The notes: generated by a model not told the origin, from the sequence alone. Positions 37,841 to 48,196 are shown, numbered from the stretch's first letter. The stretch: DNA of 64,000 nucleotides from Minisyncoccota bacterium (GCA_023229865.1 JALNYL010000001.1:23008-87007), one strand, 5' to 3'. A program made the numbers and translations.

Positions 37841-38935
37841 TTACCCCTGAATAATCTTCATCACATCGTGGAATGTCACAAATACCATGAAGAGGATGAG
37901 GACAATGAAGCCGATACCGTTTGCGATGTTGGCGACTTCGGGCTTGATCGGCGAACGTTTAATCGCTTCAATAAGGAGGAAGAAAAGACGGCCTCCGTCG
38001 AGCGCTGGGAATGGGAGCAGGTTGATAATCGCGAGGTTGATCGAGATTATCGCCGTGAGCGAGATGAGGTGCGCAATACCGAGCGCTGATGCATCACTCA
38101 CGATCCCCACAATACCAACAGGTCCTGCGACGTCTTTAAAGTCCGCTTGCCCAATAAAAATATTTTTCAAAAAGTCGACGATACCAACCGCCATTCCTGC
38201 AGTCATTGATGCAGTAGTGAGGACCCCCGCATAAAGCGCTTCGTGAACAGGAAGCGTGAGTGTCCCCACACTATCCATCGAGACACCAATAGCGAGACGC
38301 CCATCTACGATCCCCTCTTTGGGTTCTACGGTAATCGTTTGAATCTTTTTGTCACGGAGATACGCGAGCGTAAACTCTTTATGTCCCGCGATAAACTTCT
38401 GCGTCGATTCTACGCGCGGAGTCTCAAGAACATCAGCTCCGCCATAAAGCGCAACAATAGTATCACCTCCCTTGAGGCCGACTTCTTCCGCGGGCGAACC
38501 AGGGAGAACCTGGGTAATCATCACGATTGGATCTTCTACGCGCGCGCCATACTTAGTATCATCGGCAGAAAACGGAAGTCCGATCATAAAGCCAACACTT
38601 ACAAGAAGCCATGCAAAAAGAAGGTTGAAAATAATACCCGCGCTCATGATCCACGCTTGGATGCCACGATTTTTACTCGTGAGGCTGCGTGACGAGTCCT
38701 TGCCCTTGAGTGATTCTTCGTCAGGGTTTTCGCCAAAGATTTTTACGAAACCACCAACAGGAAATGCGTTGAGTGAATACACCGTCTCCCCGATTTTCTT
38801 TTTCCAAAGTCGTGGGGGGAAACCGAGGCCAAACTCGTCGACCCGCACACCGGCCCGCTTTGCAGCAGTAAAATGCCCAAGCTCATGCACAAGGATGAGC
38901 GCTGCGAGGATTACGATAAATAAGATGATGTCCAT
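37841..38935 (-). CDS. rseP: Site-2 protease RseP (M50 zinc metalloprotease with PDZ)
   Basis: HELGHF, PDZ domain, LDGG motif near C-terminus. Confidence 0.85.
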   Translation of the reverse strand: MDIILFIVILAALILVHELGHFTAAKRAGVRVDEFGLGFPPRLWKKKIGETVYSLNAFPVGGFVKIFGENPDEESLKGKDSSRSLTSKNRGIQAWIMSAGIIFNLLFAWLLVSVGFMIGLPFSADDTKYGARVEDPIVMITQVLPGSPAEEVGLKGGDTIVALYGGADVLETPRVESTQKFIAGHKEFTLAYLRDKKIQTITVEPKEGIVDGRLAIGVSMDSVGTLTLPVHEALYAGVLTTASMTAGMAVGIVDFLKNIFIGQADFKDVAGPVGIVGIVSDASALGIAHLISLTAIISINLAIINLLPFPALDGGRLFFLLIEAIKRSPIKPEVANIANGIGFIVLILFMVFVTFHDVMKIIQG

Positions 38936-39039
38936 ATGTGTAGAATATAGAAGACAGGATTTAGAATTTAGAGTAAGGGAAATTATAACTTAGTACATAT
39001 CTTCCATATTCCAAATTCAATATCCTAAATTCCATCTCT

Positions 39040-39594
39040 TTACTCCCCCATTATTTCCTTATCCTTCTTTTCTCCGATAAGGCCGAGATTTGCATTTGTT
39101 TCATCAACAAGCTTCTGAAGAGTTTCGAGGGCGAGAGTCTTTTCATCTTCGCTCATACCACCGTCCTTCTCTGTTGCAATGATGTCATTCTTGGTATTTT
39201 CACGAACACCCTTGAACGACACGCGAGCATCTTCAACCTTGTCGCGCACAATCTTGGTGAAAGCGACACGGCGTTCTGTAGTAAGTGGTGGGAAAAATAC
39301 ACGGAGACCCTCTGCATCAGCAGAAACAGAGATACCAAGATTTGCTGCATTGATCGCTTTTTCAATTTCCTTGCCGTTTGATTTCTCCCAAGGCACAATG
39401 CGGAGCGTGCGGGCATCTTCGCTCGCAATAGTTGCTACGTGTTGAATCGCGAGTGATGCGCCGTATGATTCAATAAAAATACCATCAAGGATGGCGCTCG
39501 ATGCGCGACCGGTATGGATGGCCGAGAGCTCCTTTTGTAGACGCTCCGCAACCTCGCCTGCCTTCTTTTTAAACTCTGAAAAATCGTATGTCAT
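39040..39594 (-). CDS. frr: Ribosome recycling factor
   Basis: Full-length RRF signature (RTGRASSAILDGI...). Confidence 0.9.
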   Translation of the reverse strand: MTYDFSEFKKKAGEVAERLQKELSAIHTGRASSAILDGIFIESYGASLAIQHVATIASEDARTLRIVPWEKSNGKEIEKAINAANLGISVSADAEGLRVFFPPLTTERRVAFTKIVRDKVEDARVSFKGVRENTKNDIIATEKDGGMSEDEKTLALETLQKLVDETNANLGLIGEKKDKEIMGE

Positions 39595-39670
39595 ATGGGA
39601 AGATAGTAGCAGAAAAGAAGGATACGGGCAATGAAAAAACCTGGCGCCAAAGCACCAGGTTCAAAAGCAA

Positions 39671-39958
39671 TCAATAAGGGGCAAGATTGTGCATTGATTG
39701 AAGAAGAAGAAACGCCCCAATCAATCCCGAGATTATCGCAGCAGGATGCCCACGTTCGGCAAGTAGCGAACTAATCACCGCAGCAAAACCAGAGATAGCA
39801 ACACCGCTCCAATAAATAGGACGATAGGAAATCTCGGGGACATCCACGAAGAAATACAACGCCACTCCCGCGAATTGCACAACCAGGCAAACAATTAGAG
39901 CAATAGTGGCTCCCAATCCACGTTCCATTTCATCCTCCGTCAATAAGTTAAACAACAA
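39671..39958 (-). CDS. Small membrane protein (hypothetical)
   Basis: Three TM helices. Confidence 0.4.
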   Translation of the reverse strand: MLFNLLTEDEMERGLGATIALIVCLVVQFAGVALYFFVDVPEISYRPIYWSGVAISGFAAVISSLLAERGHPAAIISGLIGAFLLLQSMHNLAPY

Positions 39959-40006
39959 AAGTTACTGTTGGCACGATACCGCCATATCCACGAAATGTCA
40001 ACTTTA

Positions 40007-40702
40007 TTACAAAATTATTGCAATGTGTTCAAGGAGCATCTTTGGCGACGAGCCACGGTTGGCAAGATATGTTTTTGCTTGGAAAATCTCACGGAAGACG
40101 TTTGCGATTTTCTCGTCGCGATTGCCAGCCGTGCGCGTATAGAGAATACGCTCTACATGATCGAGCATTCGACGAAAGAGCTCGCGGTCTACCGTCTCGC
40201 CTGCTTTTTTCTCTGCCATCTTTTTTGCAATAGCAAAACGTCCTTCAAGGGTGCTGTCTAAAAATTTCTCTGCAAGGACGCGAGCCTCGTCCTCGGTATC
40301 CATCGACATATTTTGCACCACGAGTACACGGGAACGCAGCGTAGGAAGAAGCATTTCTGCGCGCGGAATAATGATGAAAAAGTGTGTGCCCTCTGTCGGC
40401 TCTTCAAATGTTTTAAGAAGGGCGTTCTGAGCTTCGGGCGTAAATGACTCCGTGCCAATAATAAAAATCTTCTTCCCATCAAACCCCGCACGCGTCTGAG
40501 CACTCTTGAGGTCATGCGCCTCATCAACACCGAGTGAATCATAATACTCGATGGTCACATCAGGATTGCCTTGTGCTTCGATATTCAAATGTTCACGAAT
40601 AGCCTCTACAAGAAGTGGTGCGATAGTGTCGTGCATTCCTTCGATCACATGCGCGTGATGGAGGTAGCCTGTTTTTTTGTAGTTTTCAAAAATATTATTC
40701 AT
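40007..40702 (-). CDS. holB: DNA polymerase III delta-prime-like clamp loader subunit
   Basis: AAA+ fold without Walker A lysine. SRC-like motif LLPTLRSRV. Confidence 0.55.
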   Translation of the reverse strand: MNNIFENYKKTGYLHHAHVIEGMHDTIAPLLVEAIREHLNIEAQGNPDVTIEYYDSLGVDEAHDLKSAQTRAGFDGKKIFIIGTESFTPEAQNALLKTFEEPTEGTHFFIIIPRAEMLLPTLRSRVLVVQNMSMDTEDEARVLAEKFLDSTLEGRFAIAKKMAEKKAGETVDRELFRRMLDHVERILYTRTAGNRDEKIANVFREIFQAKTYLANRGSSPKMLLEHIAIIL

Positions 40703-40767
40703 CTACTTTATAGACTTTTAACTTTCGACTTTCTGACTTGAGCCAAAAAATAATTACGTATTCGTGA

Positions 40768-41781
40768 TTATTTTTTGGCGAGGATACTTTTCTTATACGT
40801 ATCCAAGTGATCAAGTGCGATACCTGTCCCCTTCACCACACAGTAAAGCGCCTCCTCTGCGAGGACTGCTTTCACGCCCGTTTTCCTCTCCACGAGCTCA
40901 GGGAAATTGCGGAGCTGTGATGAGCCTCCGGTCATGATGATCCCCTGGTCAATAATATCCGCTGCGAGCTCTGGTGGAGTCTCTTGCAAAACATCCTTGA
41001 TAGCGCGCACCACTTCTTTGAGTTCGCGGTCGATAGCCTTCACGATTTCATTGGTCGTCACCTGAGCAGTACGAGGAAGCCCTGTCACATAGTCACGGCC
41101 CTTAATCGTAAGGAGGAGCTCATCATCAATAGGCACCGCTGAGCCGATGCGTACCTTAATTTCTTCTGCAGTGCGGTCACCAATAGCGAGATTGAAAGTC
41201 TTCTTGATGTGGTCCGCGATTGCGTGATCGATCTTGTTCCCTGCGCACTTTACTGAAGTCGAAGCAACAATACCTCCAAGAGAAATCACTGCGACGTCGG
41301 TCGTACCACCACCGATGTCCACCACCATGTGTCCGCGCGCTTCATAAATAGGAATACCCGCACCGATAGCCGCGAGAATAGGCTCCTTCACAACGTACAC
41401 GTTTTTTGCGCCTGCCTTAATCGTCGCTTCAATAACAGCACGACGTTCTGTCGAAGACACTCCTGCAGGCACCGAGACCATCACATCTGGTTTCAAAATA
41501 TTCCACTTACCAAGTGCCTTACCAATGTAGTAGCGAATCATCGCCTCTGTCACGCGATAGTCTGCGATCACCCCATCCTTCATCGGACGAAATGCCACAA
41601 TGTTGTCAGGTGTACGGCCAATCATTTGCTTTGCTTCGATTCCCACTGCAACGATGCGATTAGTCTGCTGATCCACGGCAACCACCGAAGGCTCATTGAG
41701 CACAATCCCTTCACCAGGAATATACACAAGCGTGTTTGCTGTGCCGAGGTCGATACCGATTTTTGTTACAAAAAATGACAT
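40768..41781 (-). CDS. Second MreB-family actin homolog (Mbl/MreBH-like paralog)
   Basis: DLGTANT, DIGGGTTD. About 45-50% identical by eye to mreB at 34716. Confidence 0.8.
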   Translation of the reverse strand: MSFFVTKIGIDLGTANTLVYIPGEGIVLNEPSVVAVDQQTNRIVAVGIEAKQMIGRTPDNIVAFRPMKDGVIADYRVTEAMIRYYIGKALGKWNILKPDVMVSVPAGVSSTERRAVIEATIKAGAKNVYVVKEPILAAIGAGIPIYEARGHMVVDIGGGTTDVAVISLGGIVASTSVKCAGNKIDHAIADHIKKTFNLAIGDRTAEEIKVRIGSAVPIDDELLLTIKGRDYVTGLPRTAQVTTNEIVKAIDRELKEVVRAIKDVLQETPPELAADIIDQGIIMTGGSSQLRNFPELVERKTGVKAVLAEEALYCVVKGTGIALDHLDTYKKSILAKK

Positions 41782-41785
41782 AATG

Positions 41786-43099
41786 TTAAGCGATTGATGG
41801 GGTTACTTCAGGGACGGTCTCTGCTCTTTCGATGTCGACACCGATAGCGCGCAAGCGGTTCTCAATATCCTCATACCCACGATCAATCGTAGTGTCCACA
41901 TTATGTATGACTGACTCACCTTTTGCAACCACCGCCGCAATGACGAATGCGAGGCCCGCACGGAGGTCGGGGCTCGTGAGTTTGCGTCCACGAAGCTCTG
42001 ACTTTCCACGCACGAGCACACGATGTGGATCCATCATGGTGATAGACGCGCCCATCGCGGCGAGTGACTCGGTGTAATTGAGGCGTCCTTCAAAAATAGT
42101 TTCAAAAACTTTACTCTCCCCTTCGGCTTGTGTGAGAAAAACGGTCATTGGCGCCTGGAGGTCTGTAGGGAAACCAGGATACTCATGCGTCTTGATATCA
42201 ACGGCCTTCAAATGCGATGAGGCACGCACGATGATTTCGCTTTTCTTCACTTCGATAGGCACACCTGCACTGCGAAGTGTCTCAATCGGAGACTCGAGAT
42301 GCACGGGATTGCAATTGGTGATGTGGAGCTCGCGCGCTGCGAGTGCGCCGAGGACAAGGAAGCTTCCCGCTTCAATACGATCAGGCATCGTCTTGTAAGG
42401 ATGCCCCTTGCCGGTCAAAAGCTTGCCGCCTTTGATAGTAATCGTCGGCGAGCCTGCGCCAGAAATCTTTGCACCGCATTTATTGAGGAACTGCGCGAGG
42501 TCAACAATCTCAGGCTCCATCGCGGCATTTTTGATCGTCGTCGTACCCTTTGCAAGGACTGCCGCCATCATAAATGTTTCCGTCACCGTCACGCTTTGAT
42601 TTTTAAGGAAAAACTCTGCACCCTTGAGTCCCCCTTTTGCCTCGACAACGTACCCTGTGTCACTCATGACAACTTTTGCTCCCATTTTTTCAAATCCATC
42701 CACAAAGAGATCGAGTGGACGCGCACCGATGACACAACCGCCAGGGTGAGGAAACGACACCTTCCCATAACGCGCAAGCACAGGCCCCGTGAGTACCACA
42801 GACGCACGCATACGCTTTGCAATACCAGGCGTGAGCTCTGTTGCAAAACCCCGTGTAGGAATCGTCACGGTGTATGTGCCCTTCTTTGTGTTCACCACGG
42901 AAGCCGACATGTCCTTCAAAAGATCGAACATGCGGAGCACGTCACTGATCTCAGGAATATTGGTGAGTGTGACCGTATCACGGAAAAGTACTGTCGCGGC
43001 GATAGCTTTGAGCGCGGCATTTTTTGCGCCAGTAACTTTCACCGTGCCACTCAATTTCCTCTCTCCTCCGAATCCCTTAATGACAAGTGTGTTGCTCAT
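41786..43099 (-). CDS. murA: UDP-N-acetylglucosamine 1-carboxyvinyltransferase
   Basis: KVTGAKNAALKAIAA, active-site Cys region. Start refined to ATG 43099. Confidence 0.9.
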   Translation of the reverse strand: MSNTLVIKGFGGERKLSGTVKVTGAKNAALKAIAATVLFRDTVTLTNIPEISDVLRMFDLLKDMSASVVNTKKGTYTVTIPTRGFATELTPGIAKRMRASVVLTGPVLARYGKVSFPHPGGCVIGARPLDLFVDGFEKMGAKVVMSDTGYVVEAKGGLKGAEFFLKNQSVTVTETFMMAAVLAKGTTTIKNAAMEPEIVDLAQFLNKCGAKISGAGSPTITIKGGKLLTGKGHPYKTMPDRIEAGSFLVLGALAARELHITNCNPVHLESPIETLRSAGVPIEVKKSEIIVRASSHLKAVDIKTHEYPGFPTDLQAPMTVFLTQAEGESKVFETIFEGRLNYTESLAAMGASITMMDPHRVLVRGKSELRGRKLTSPDLRAGLAFVIAAVVAKGESVIHNVDTTIDRGYEDIENRLRAIGVDIERAETVPEVTPSIA

Positions 43100-43208
43100 A
43101 AAATTAAAATAGTTGAATATGACACTCATATTACTACACCGGTTGGGCTTTGACCAAATGAATACATTGTGAGATAGTTAAACCAGAACATACCCAAAGG
43201 AGTTCCCT

Positions 43209-43415
43209 ATGAAAACGAACCTGAAGTACGCCATCCTTGCGTCACTTGTAGTGTTTCTCTTGGGGAATCCCTCGACAAACGCTTACGGGAAAACAGCGGA
43301 TATCACCGTCCACTTTCCACAAAGAGTGTCTCGCATGGTCGAGGTGACCGTCCAATGCCTTACTATCCCCTATACAAGGGAAGAAATAGTGACAAAGTGG
43401 GACACCTTGATTTGA
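43209..43415 (+). CDS. Small secreted hypothetical protein
   Basis: RBS AAAGGAG upstream. Signal peptide-like N-terminus. Confidence 0.35.
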   Translation: MKTNLKYAILASLVVFLLGNPSTNAYGKTADITVHFPQRVSRMVEVTVQCLTIPYTREEIVTKWDTLI

Positions 43416-43572
43416 TGGCGCTCGATATCAGTCGTATTGCCGACGAGAATATACCACCAGGGGTTTTTGAAATGAATCGCGTAAACGTCCAGTACTACGC
43501 GGACGAAGATTCCCCCCACGTCGACTGCATGCTTTTATTACTCGACAGTCCTCATGATACGCTACTAAAACC

Positions 43573-43600
43573 GCCCTCTCTGGGCGGTTTTTTCTTTTCC
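43573..43600 (+). terminator. Terminator-like hairpin upstream of priA
   Basis: aaaccgccctctctgggcggtttttt. Confidence 0.45.
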
Positions 43601-43624
43601 GCCTTTTCGCGTTACTATAAGAGT

Positions 43625-45535
43625 ATGCAGATCATCACCGTCGCCCCTATCGTTCGTGGAGCACTCCAGGGTGAGCTCACCTATTTTTCAAAAGACCCCA
43701 TTGCGACGGGAATGGTCGTCATCGTCCCTGTGCGCACACGCGAGGTGCCCGCTATTGTTCTCAGCTCAAAAGCGGTGAGCGATTCAAAGAGCACCCTCAA
43801 GTCATCTGAGTATGCGATTCGCAAAATCACGCGACCAAAACCCCACAGCGTTTGGCTGTCCCCCTTTTTGAGAGCGAGCGAAGAAACCGCCAATTATTCC
43901 GCACAAAAACTTGGTGAAGTGCTCCTTGCCATTACTCCAAAAACAATTCTCGATGCGCATCTCGAAGGAGAGCTTCCTGAATCAAAAAACACGGAGACCA
44001 GTAGTCGACCTGAAACACTCGCGATCCAGGGTGGCACTTCTGTACGCCTCGAAGCATATCAGCGCCTCGTACGTGAGTCATTCGTAAAAAATGAATCGGT
44101 TTTTGTTTGTGTGCCAACAGAAGAAGATGTGGTCAGGATTTCCACCGAACTCGGACGTGGCATCGAAGACTATACGTTTGCTTTTCACAGCAGTGTTACA
44201 AAAAAACGCACTCTGGAGCGTTGGGCAAAAGCAATCAAAGAAGAGCATGCCATCCTTGTGGTTGGCACCGCGCAATACCTCGCGCTCCCACGCCATTTCA
44301 AAACCATTGTACTTGACGAAGAACAATCGCACGCGTGGAAAATGATGGCGCGACCATTGCTCGATCTCCGTGTGTTTACGGAAGCCTACGCTCGCGAAAG
44401 CGGATCCACGCTCATCAGCGGTGCGCCGATTCTCCGCGCGGAAACTCATGCAAAAATCAACGAAAGAATGATTGGCGAATTTGGTCGCATCTCTCTCCGC
44501 TCACACACAGACACGGCGACGTTTCTCATCGATCCACGCAAGGAAGAAAAAGAAGTGCGAGAAGACACAGGCAGACGCGGGATGATTCTTTTCACCAAAG
44601 AGCTTCAGGAGCTTATTCAAAAAGCGATTGAAAATAACGAGCACATACTTCTCCTGACCGCACGCAAGGGCCTCGCACCCGTAACCACCTGCGGCGACTG
44701 TGGCACACTCATTCGCTGCCCTGAGTGCGACACTCCGCTCGTCATCCACAAAAAGGAATCGGGGAATCTCTACATCTGTCACGGATGCGGATTTATGCGC
44801 GTCCCTGAAAACAACGTGCACGAGACGTGCCCCAACTGTCATGGATGGAGGCTCCAAGGTGTCGGCATTGGCATCGACCTTATCGCCGAAGAAGCTACGA
44901 AGCTTTTCCCTGATGCTCCACGATTCGTCCTCGACAGCGAGCGCGCAAAGACACGCACGCAGGCAAAAAAAATCGTCACTCAATTTGAAAAATCTCAGGG
45001 CGGTATTTTGATCGCGACCCAAATGGCAATCCCCCTTCTCGCAAAAACAGATAACGTCGCTATCGTTTCTATCGACTCACTATTTGCAATCCCCGACATC
45101 AGAATGTCGGAGAGAATCTTTGCGCTCATCCTTGCCCTCCGCGAAAAAACAATGAAGACCCTCTTGGTACAGACACGCACGGATGATGTCAGTATTTTAG
45201 AACAAGCACTCGCGGGCAACCTCGTGGAGTTTACTGAAAACGAACTTGCGATTCGAAAAGCTTTTTCGTACCCACCATTTGGGGTCATTATTAAAATCAC
45301 ACTTCGTGGCAAAAAAGATGAAGTGCTTACAGAAATGTCCAACCTCAAATCATTTCTCGGAGATTACGCACCCATCGTCCCCGGCAATATGGCGCGTGAG
45401 CCGAAAAACATTTTCCGCATGCACATGATACTGAAGCTCGCCGCGGATAATTGGCCCAACAGCGACCTCCTCGCAAAACTCCGCGCACTCCCGATGCAGT
45501 TTACGATTGAAGTAAACCCCGATCATTTGCTCTGA
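43625..45535 (+). CDS. priA: Primosomal protein N' (PriA) homolog with degenerate Walker A
   Basis: Alignable to E. coli PriA from 3'BD through zinc-binding Cys cluster (CGDCGTLIRCPECD...CHGCG). Walker B DEEQ present. Walker A position reads QGGTSVRL instead of GSGKT. Start refined to ATG 43625. Confidence 0.75.
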   Translation: MQIITVAPIVRGALQGELTYFSKDPIATGMVVIVPVRTREVPAIVLSSKAVSDSKSTLKSSEYAIRKITRPKPHSVWLSPFLRASEETANYSAQKLGEVLLAITPKTILDAHLEGELPESKNTETSSRPETLAIQGGTSVRLEAYQRLVRESFVKNESVFVCVPTEEDVVRISTELGRGIEDYTFAFHSSVTKKRTLERWAKAIKEEHAILVVGTAQYLALPRHFKTIVLDEEQSHAWKMMARPLLDLRVFTEAYARESGSTLISGAPILRAETHAKINERMIGEFGRISLRSHTDTATFLIDPRKEEKEVREDTGRRGMILFTKELQELIQKAIENNEHILLLTARKGLAPVTTCGDCGTLIRCPECDTPLVIHKKESGNLYICHGCGFMRVPENNVHETCPNCHGWRLQGVGIGIDLIAEEATKLFPDAPRFVLDSERAKTRTQAKKIVTQFEKSQGGILIATQMAIPLLAKTDNVAIVSIDSLFAIPDIRMSERIFALILALREKTMKTLLVQTRTDDVSILEQALAGNLVEFTENELAIRKAFSYPPFGVIIKITLRGKKDEVLTEMSNLKSFLGDYAPIVPGNMAREPKNIFRMHMILKLAADNWPNSDLLAKLRALPMQFTIEVNPDHLL

Positions 45536-45576
45536 GAACCTATCATTTCAAAAACAGACCGAAATATGCTATCTTT

Positions 45577-46176
45577 TTGAATATGATAACGATTGTTCAA
45601 AAGGAGGATCCTGTTCTTCGCGGCGTGGCGCAAGAAGTCGGCGCAAAGGAATTTGGCACCCCAGGGCTCAAAAAAATTCTCAAGGACATGGCAGATGCTA
45701 TGGAAAAAGAAGAGGACGGTGTCGCTATCGCCGCTCCACAAATCGGTGTCCCTCTCCGCATTTTCGTCGTATCGCACCGCGCATTTGAATTTATGGACAG
45801 AGAAGAAAATGAGCACGATGAAGAAGAAGGAACTCATAATGGTGGCCATCCGAAAATAGAGCGCTCCAACATGGTATTCATCAACCCTGTCATCACCAAG
45901 CTCTCACGCAAAAAGATTTGGATGCCCGAAGGCTGTCTCTCGGTGCGCTGGCTCTATGGAGAGGTCGCTCGCTCTGAAAAGGCGACAGTACGTGCGCAAG
46001 ACGAAAACGGAAAAGTATTTACCTACGGCGGGAGTGGGCTCATGGCGCAGATCTTTCAACACGAGACTGATCACTTGAATGGCGCACTCTTCATCGACAC
46101 TGCGCGCAACATCGAAACCATGACCAAAGAAGATCAGGAACGTATGCGTCGCGGAGACGAAGGATACCATGACTAA
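45577..46176 (+). CDS. def: Peptide deformylase
   Basis: GIAAPQIG, EGCLS, QHETDHL motifs. Confidence 0.9.
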   Translation: MNMITIVQKEDPVLRGVAQEVGAKEFGTPGLKKILKDMADAMEKEEDGVAIAAPQIGVPLRIFVVSHRAFEFMDREENEHDEEEGTHNGGHPKIERSNMVFINPVITKLSRKKIWMPEGCLSVRWLYGEVARSEKATVRAQDENGKVFTYGGSGLMAQIFQHETDHLNGALFIDTARNIETMTKEDQERMRRGDEGYHD

Positions 46177-47041
46177 AGAATCACGCATCGCTTTTTGGGG
46201 CACATCACACATCTCCGTAATCGTCCTCGACGAAATGGCGCGCGAAGGGATGCTTCCCTCACTCATCGTCACCGCTCCCCCACGCCAAAAAGGCCGTGGA
46301 CTTGAAATGTCCCCAAGCGAAGTAAAGGTATGGGCAGACGCGCACGGTGTCCCCGCGCTCGAGCCCGAAGAAATTAAGTCGGAAGAATTTTTGAAAACAC
46401 TCGGTGCTAACTGGGACCTCTTTGTCATCGTCTCATATGGCAAAATCATCCCGCGCAATATTCTCGATCTTCCAAAGAACGGCACGCTCAATGTACACCC
46501 GTCGCTCTTGCCGAAGTTTCGCGGGGCGTCCCCTATTCAGTCTGCTATTTTAGAAGAAGCTCCCGTGGGAAAGCCTCATGACGCAGGTGTGACCATCATG
46601 CAAATCGACGAACAGGTCGATCACGGCCCTATCGTTGCGCAGGAGAAAATTTCAATATCAAACTGGCCACCAAAAGGAAGCGTGCTTGAAGAGACTCTTG
46701 GCGCCCTCGGTGCGAAGATCCTCGTCAAAACAATTCCTGAGTGGATTGCGGGTAATATTACTCCACGTGAACAAAATCACGATGAAGCCACATTTACAAA
46801 AAAGATTACCAAAGAAAGTGGGCTCGTAAGCCTCACCAACGACCCTGCTGATACATACCGCAAGGTCCAAGCGTTTGATGTGTGGCCACGTGTATACTTC
46901 ATGACAGAACGAGGAGAACGCACTGTCCGTGTCGTCATCACTGAGGCACACGTCGAAGGTAGCGTGCTCGTCATCGACCGCGTGATTCCTGAAGGGAAAA
47001 AGGAAATGGAGTATGAGGCATTTTTGAGAGGACAGAAGTAG
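46169..47041 (+). CDS. fmt: Methionyl-tRNA formyltransferase
   Basis: Formyltransferase SLLP motif, C-terminal domain. 8-nt overlap with def. Confidence 0.9.
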   Translation: MTKESRIAFWGTSHISVIVLDEMAREGMLPSLIVTAPPRQKGRGLEMSPSEVKVWADAHGVPALEPEEIKSEEFLKTLGANWDLFVIVSYGKIIPRNILDLPKNGTLNVHPSLLPKFRGASPIQSAILEEAPVGKPHDAGVTIMQIDEQVDHGPIVAQEKISISNWPPKGSVLEETLGALGAKILVKTIPEWIAGNITPREQNHDEATFTKKITKESGLVSLTNDPADTYRKVQAFDVWPRVYFMTERGERTVRVVITEAHVEGSVLVIDRVIPEGKKEMEYEAFLRGQK

Positions 47042-47062
47042 ACGCGAATTATTAAGAAAAGA

Positions 47063-47096
47063 AAAAAAACGGCATGATGAGCTCATGCCGTTTTAT
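47063..47096. terminator. Terminator hairpin (copy 1 of duplicated hairpin)
   Basis: aaaaaaaacggcatgatgagctcatgccgtttta. Confidence 0.55.
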
Positions 47097-47106
47097 GTTG
47101 ACTACT

Positions 47107-47394
47107 TTAAGCGCACACCTTTTCCCCGAGGGTCAGGATATTCTTTTCGAGCAGCTGCCGATGATGCTTCCGATCAGATACCGTCCTGATGAAATCAACC
47201 GCGTCCACAAGTGGTATGTCCAAATGTGTGGCGAGCTTTTCTGCATCGTTTTTGACGACAAGCGGAGAAACGAGTTCAAGATTCACCCCACTTCCTTCGC
47301 CAAAGAGCGGTATCTTAAAATCATGCACACTATCGGCGCACATCAAATACATCAATGCAATCTCTTGCAAGCGATTCCGAGACAATGAACTCAT
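47107..47394 (-). CDS. Hypothetical protein, paralog A (IPLFGEGSG family)
   Basis: RBS GGGAGGAAG upstream of ATG 47394. Shares IPLFGEGSG and AVDFI motifs with 47511..47861. Confidence 0.45.
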   Translation of the reverse strand: MSSLSRNRLQEIALMYLMCADSVHDFKIPLFGEGSGVNLELVSPLVVKNDAEKLATHLDIPLVDAVDFIRTVSDRKHHRQLLEKNILTLGEKVCA

Positions 47395-47464
47395 AGCTTC
47401 CTCCCTGTGGTTATTTACGGAGTATTTTCCCTTTTCAAAACTACCACTGAGTTGACGAAATGTC

Positions 47465-47499
47465 AAAAAAGAACGGCATGATTATCTCATGCCGTTTTA
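47465..47499. terminator. Terminator hairpin (copy 2)
   Basis: aaaaaagaacggcatgattatctcatgccgtttta. Near-identical to 47063-47096. Confidence 0.55.
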
Positions 47500-47510
47500 C
47501 GTATTGGTTT

Positions 47511-47861
47511 TTATCGAAAACGCCCTGGTCCTTCTTGCTTCTTGTGATCATCGATAAGCCTCTGGAGATGTTTCATGCTGCAAATCTTCTCAATAAAATC
47601 GACGGCTTCCTGATGTTCAATACGCAGACGCTCGGCAATTTTCTTTGCATCGCGATTGATTTTGTCCATCGACACGGGGGCACCATTTCCACCACTCCCC
47701 TCGCCAAACAAGGGTATTTCCAAACCCTCGATACTATCGCCGTACAGAAGAAACAGTAGGGCAATTTCTTTGTATCGATCGTATTCCCTCTGACGTTCCT
47801 CGGGTGACATCGGCATAACCCCACTGTGAATAGGTATTCCCATCGGTTTAATCTTTTGCAT
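47511..47861 (-). CDS. Hypothetical protein, paralog B (IPLFGEGSG family)
   Basis: RBS AGGAGG 5 nt upstream of ATG 47861. Confidence 0.45.
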   Translation of the reverse strand: MQKIKPMGIPIHSGVMPMSPEERQREYDRYKEIALLFLLYGDSIEGLEIPLFGEGSGGNGAPVSMDKINRDAKKIAERLRIEHQEAVDFIEKICSMKHLQRLIDDHKKQEGPGRFR

Positions 47862-47935
47862 GGTTTCCTCCTTTGTACGTTTTGAGAAGTATTTCTTCCT
47901 CAAAGCTACCACAACGAGCAGTAGCAGTCAAAAAC

Positions 47936-47975
47936 AAAAAAACCGGACACTGTCTCACGACATGGTCCGGTTTCC
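47936..47975 (-). terminator. Minus-strand terminator ending an unassigned transcription unit
   Basis: Minus strand ccggaccatgtcgtgagacagtgtccgg followed by ttttttt. Confidence 0.4.
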
Positions 47976-48196
47976 GTTGAAAGATTTTTTATCTCGCACA
48001 GGGAATTTTCTCTGGCTTTCTCCACATTTAACTATTCGTGCGCCTTCTGTGACGTCACGGTAGCATAAGGTTATAACCTTACGAGTAGATAGAACCCTCT
48101 TTCAACAACCTGCCGCTTCTTCTGCTTTCAAGGCGAAGCGCTACCCCGATTTAAAGAACTCGCATACAATCCTCTCCCTCTTGGCCGTTTTGGTAA

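Noticed and set aside
42299-43153. 284-aa plus-strand ORF antisense to murA
   Set aside because: Antisense to a high-confidence murA. Cys/His/Arg-rich translation.
44501-45022. 173-aa minus-strand ORF antisense to priA
   Set aside because: Inside the priA coding region on the opposite strand. No RBS.
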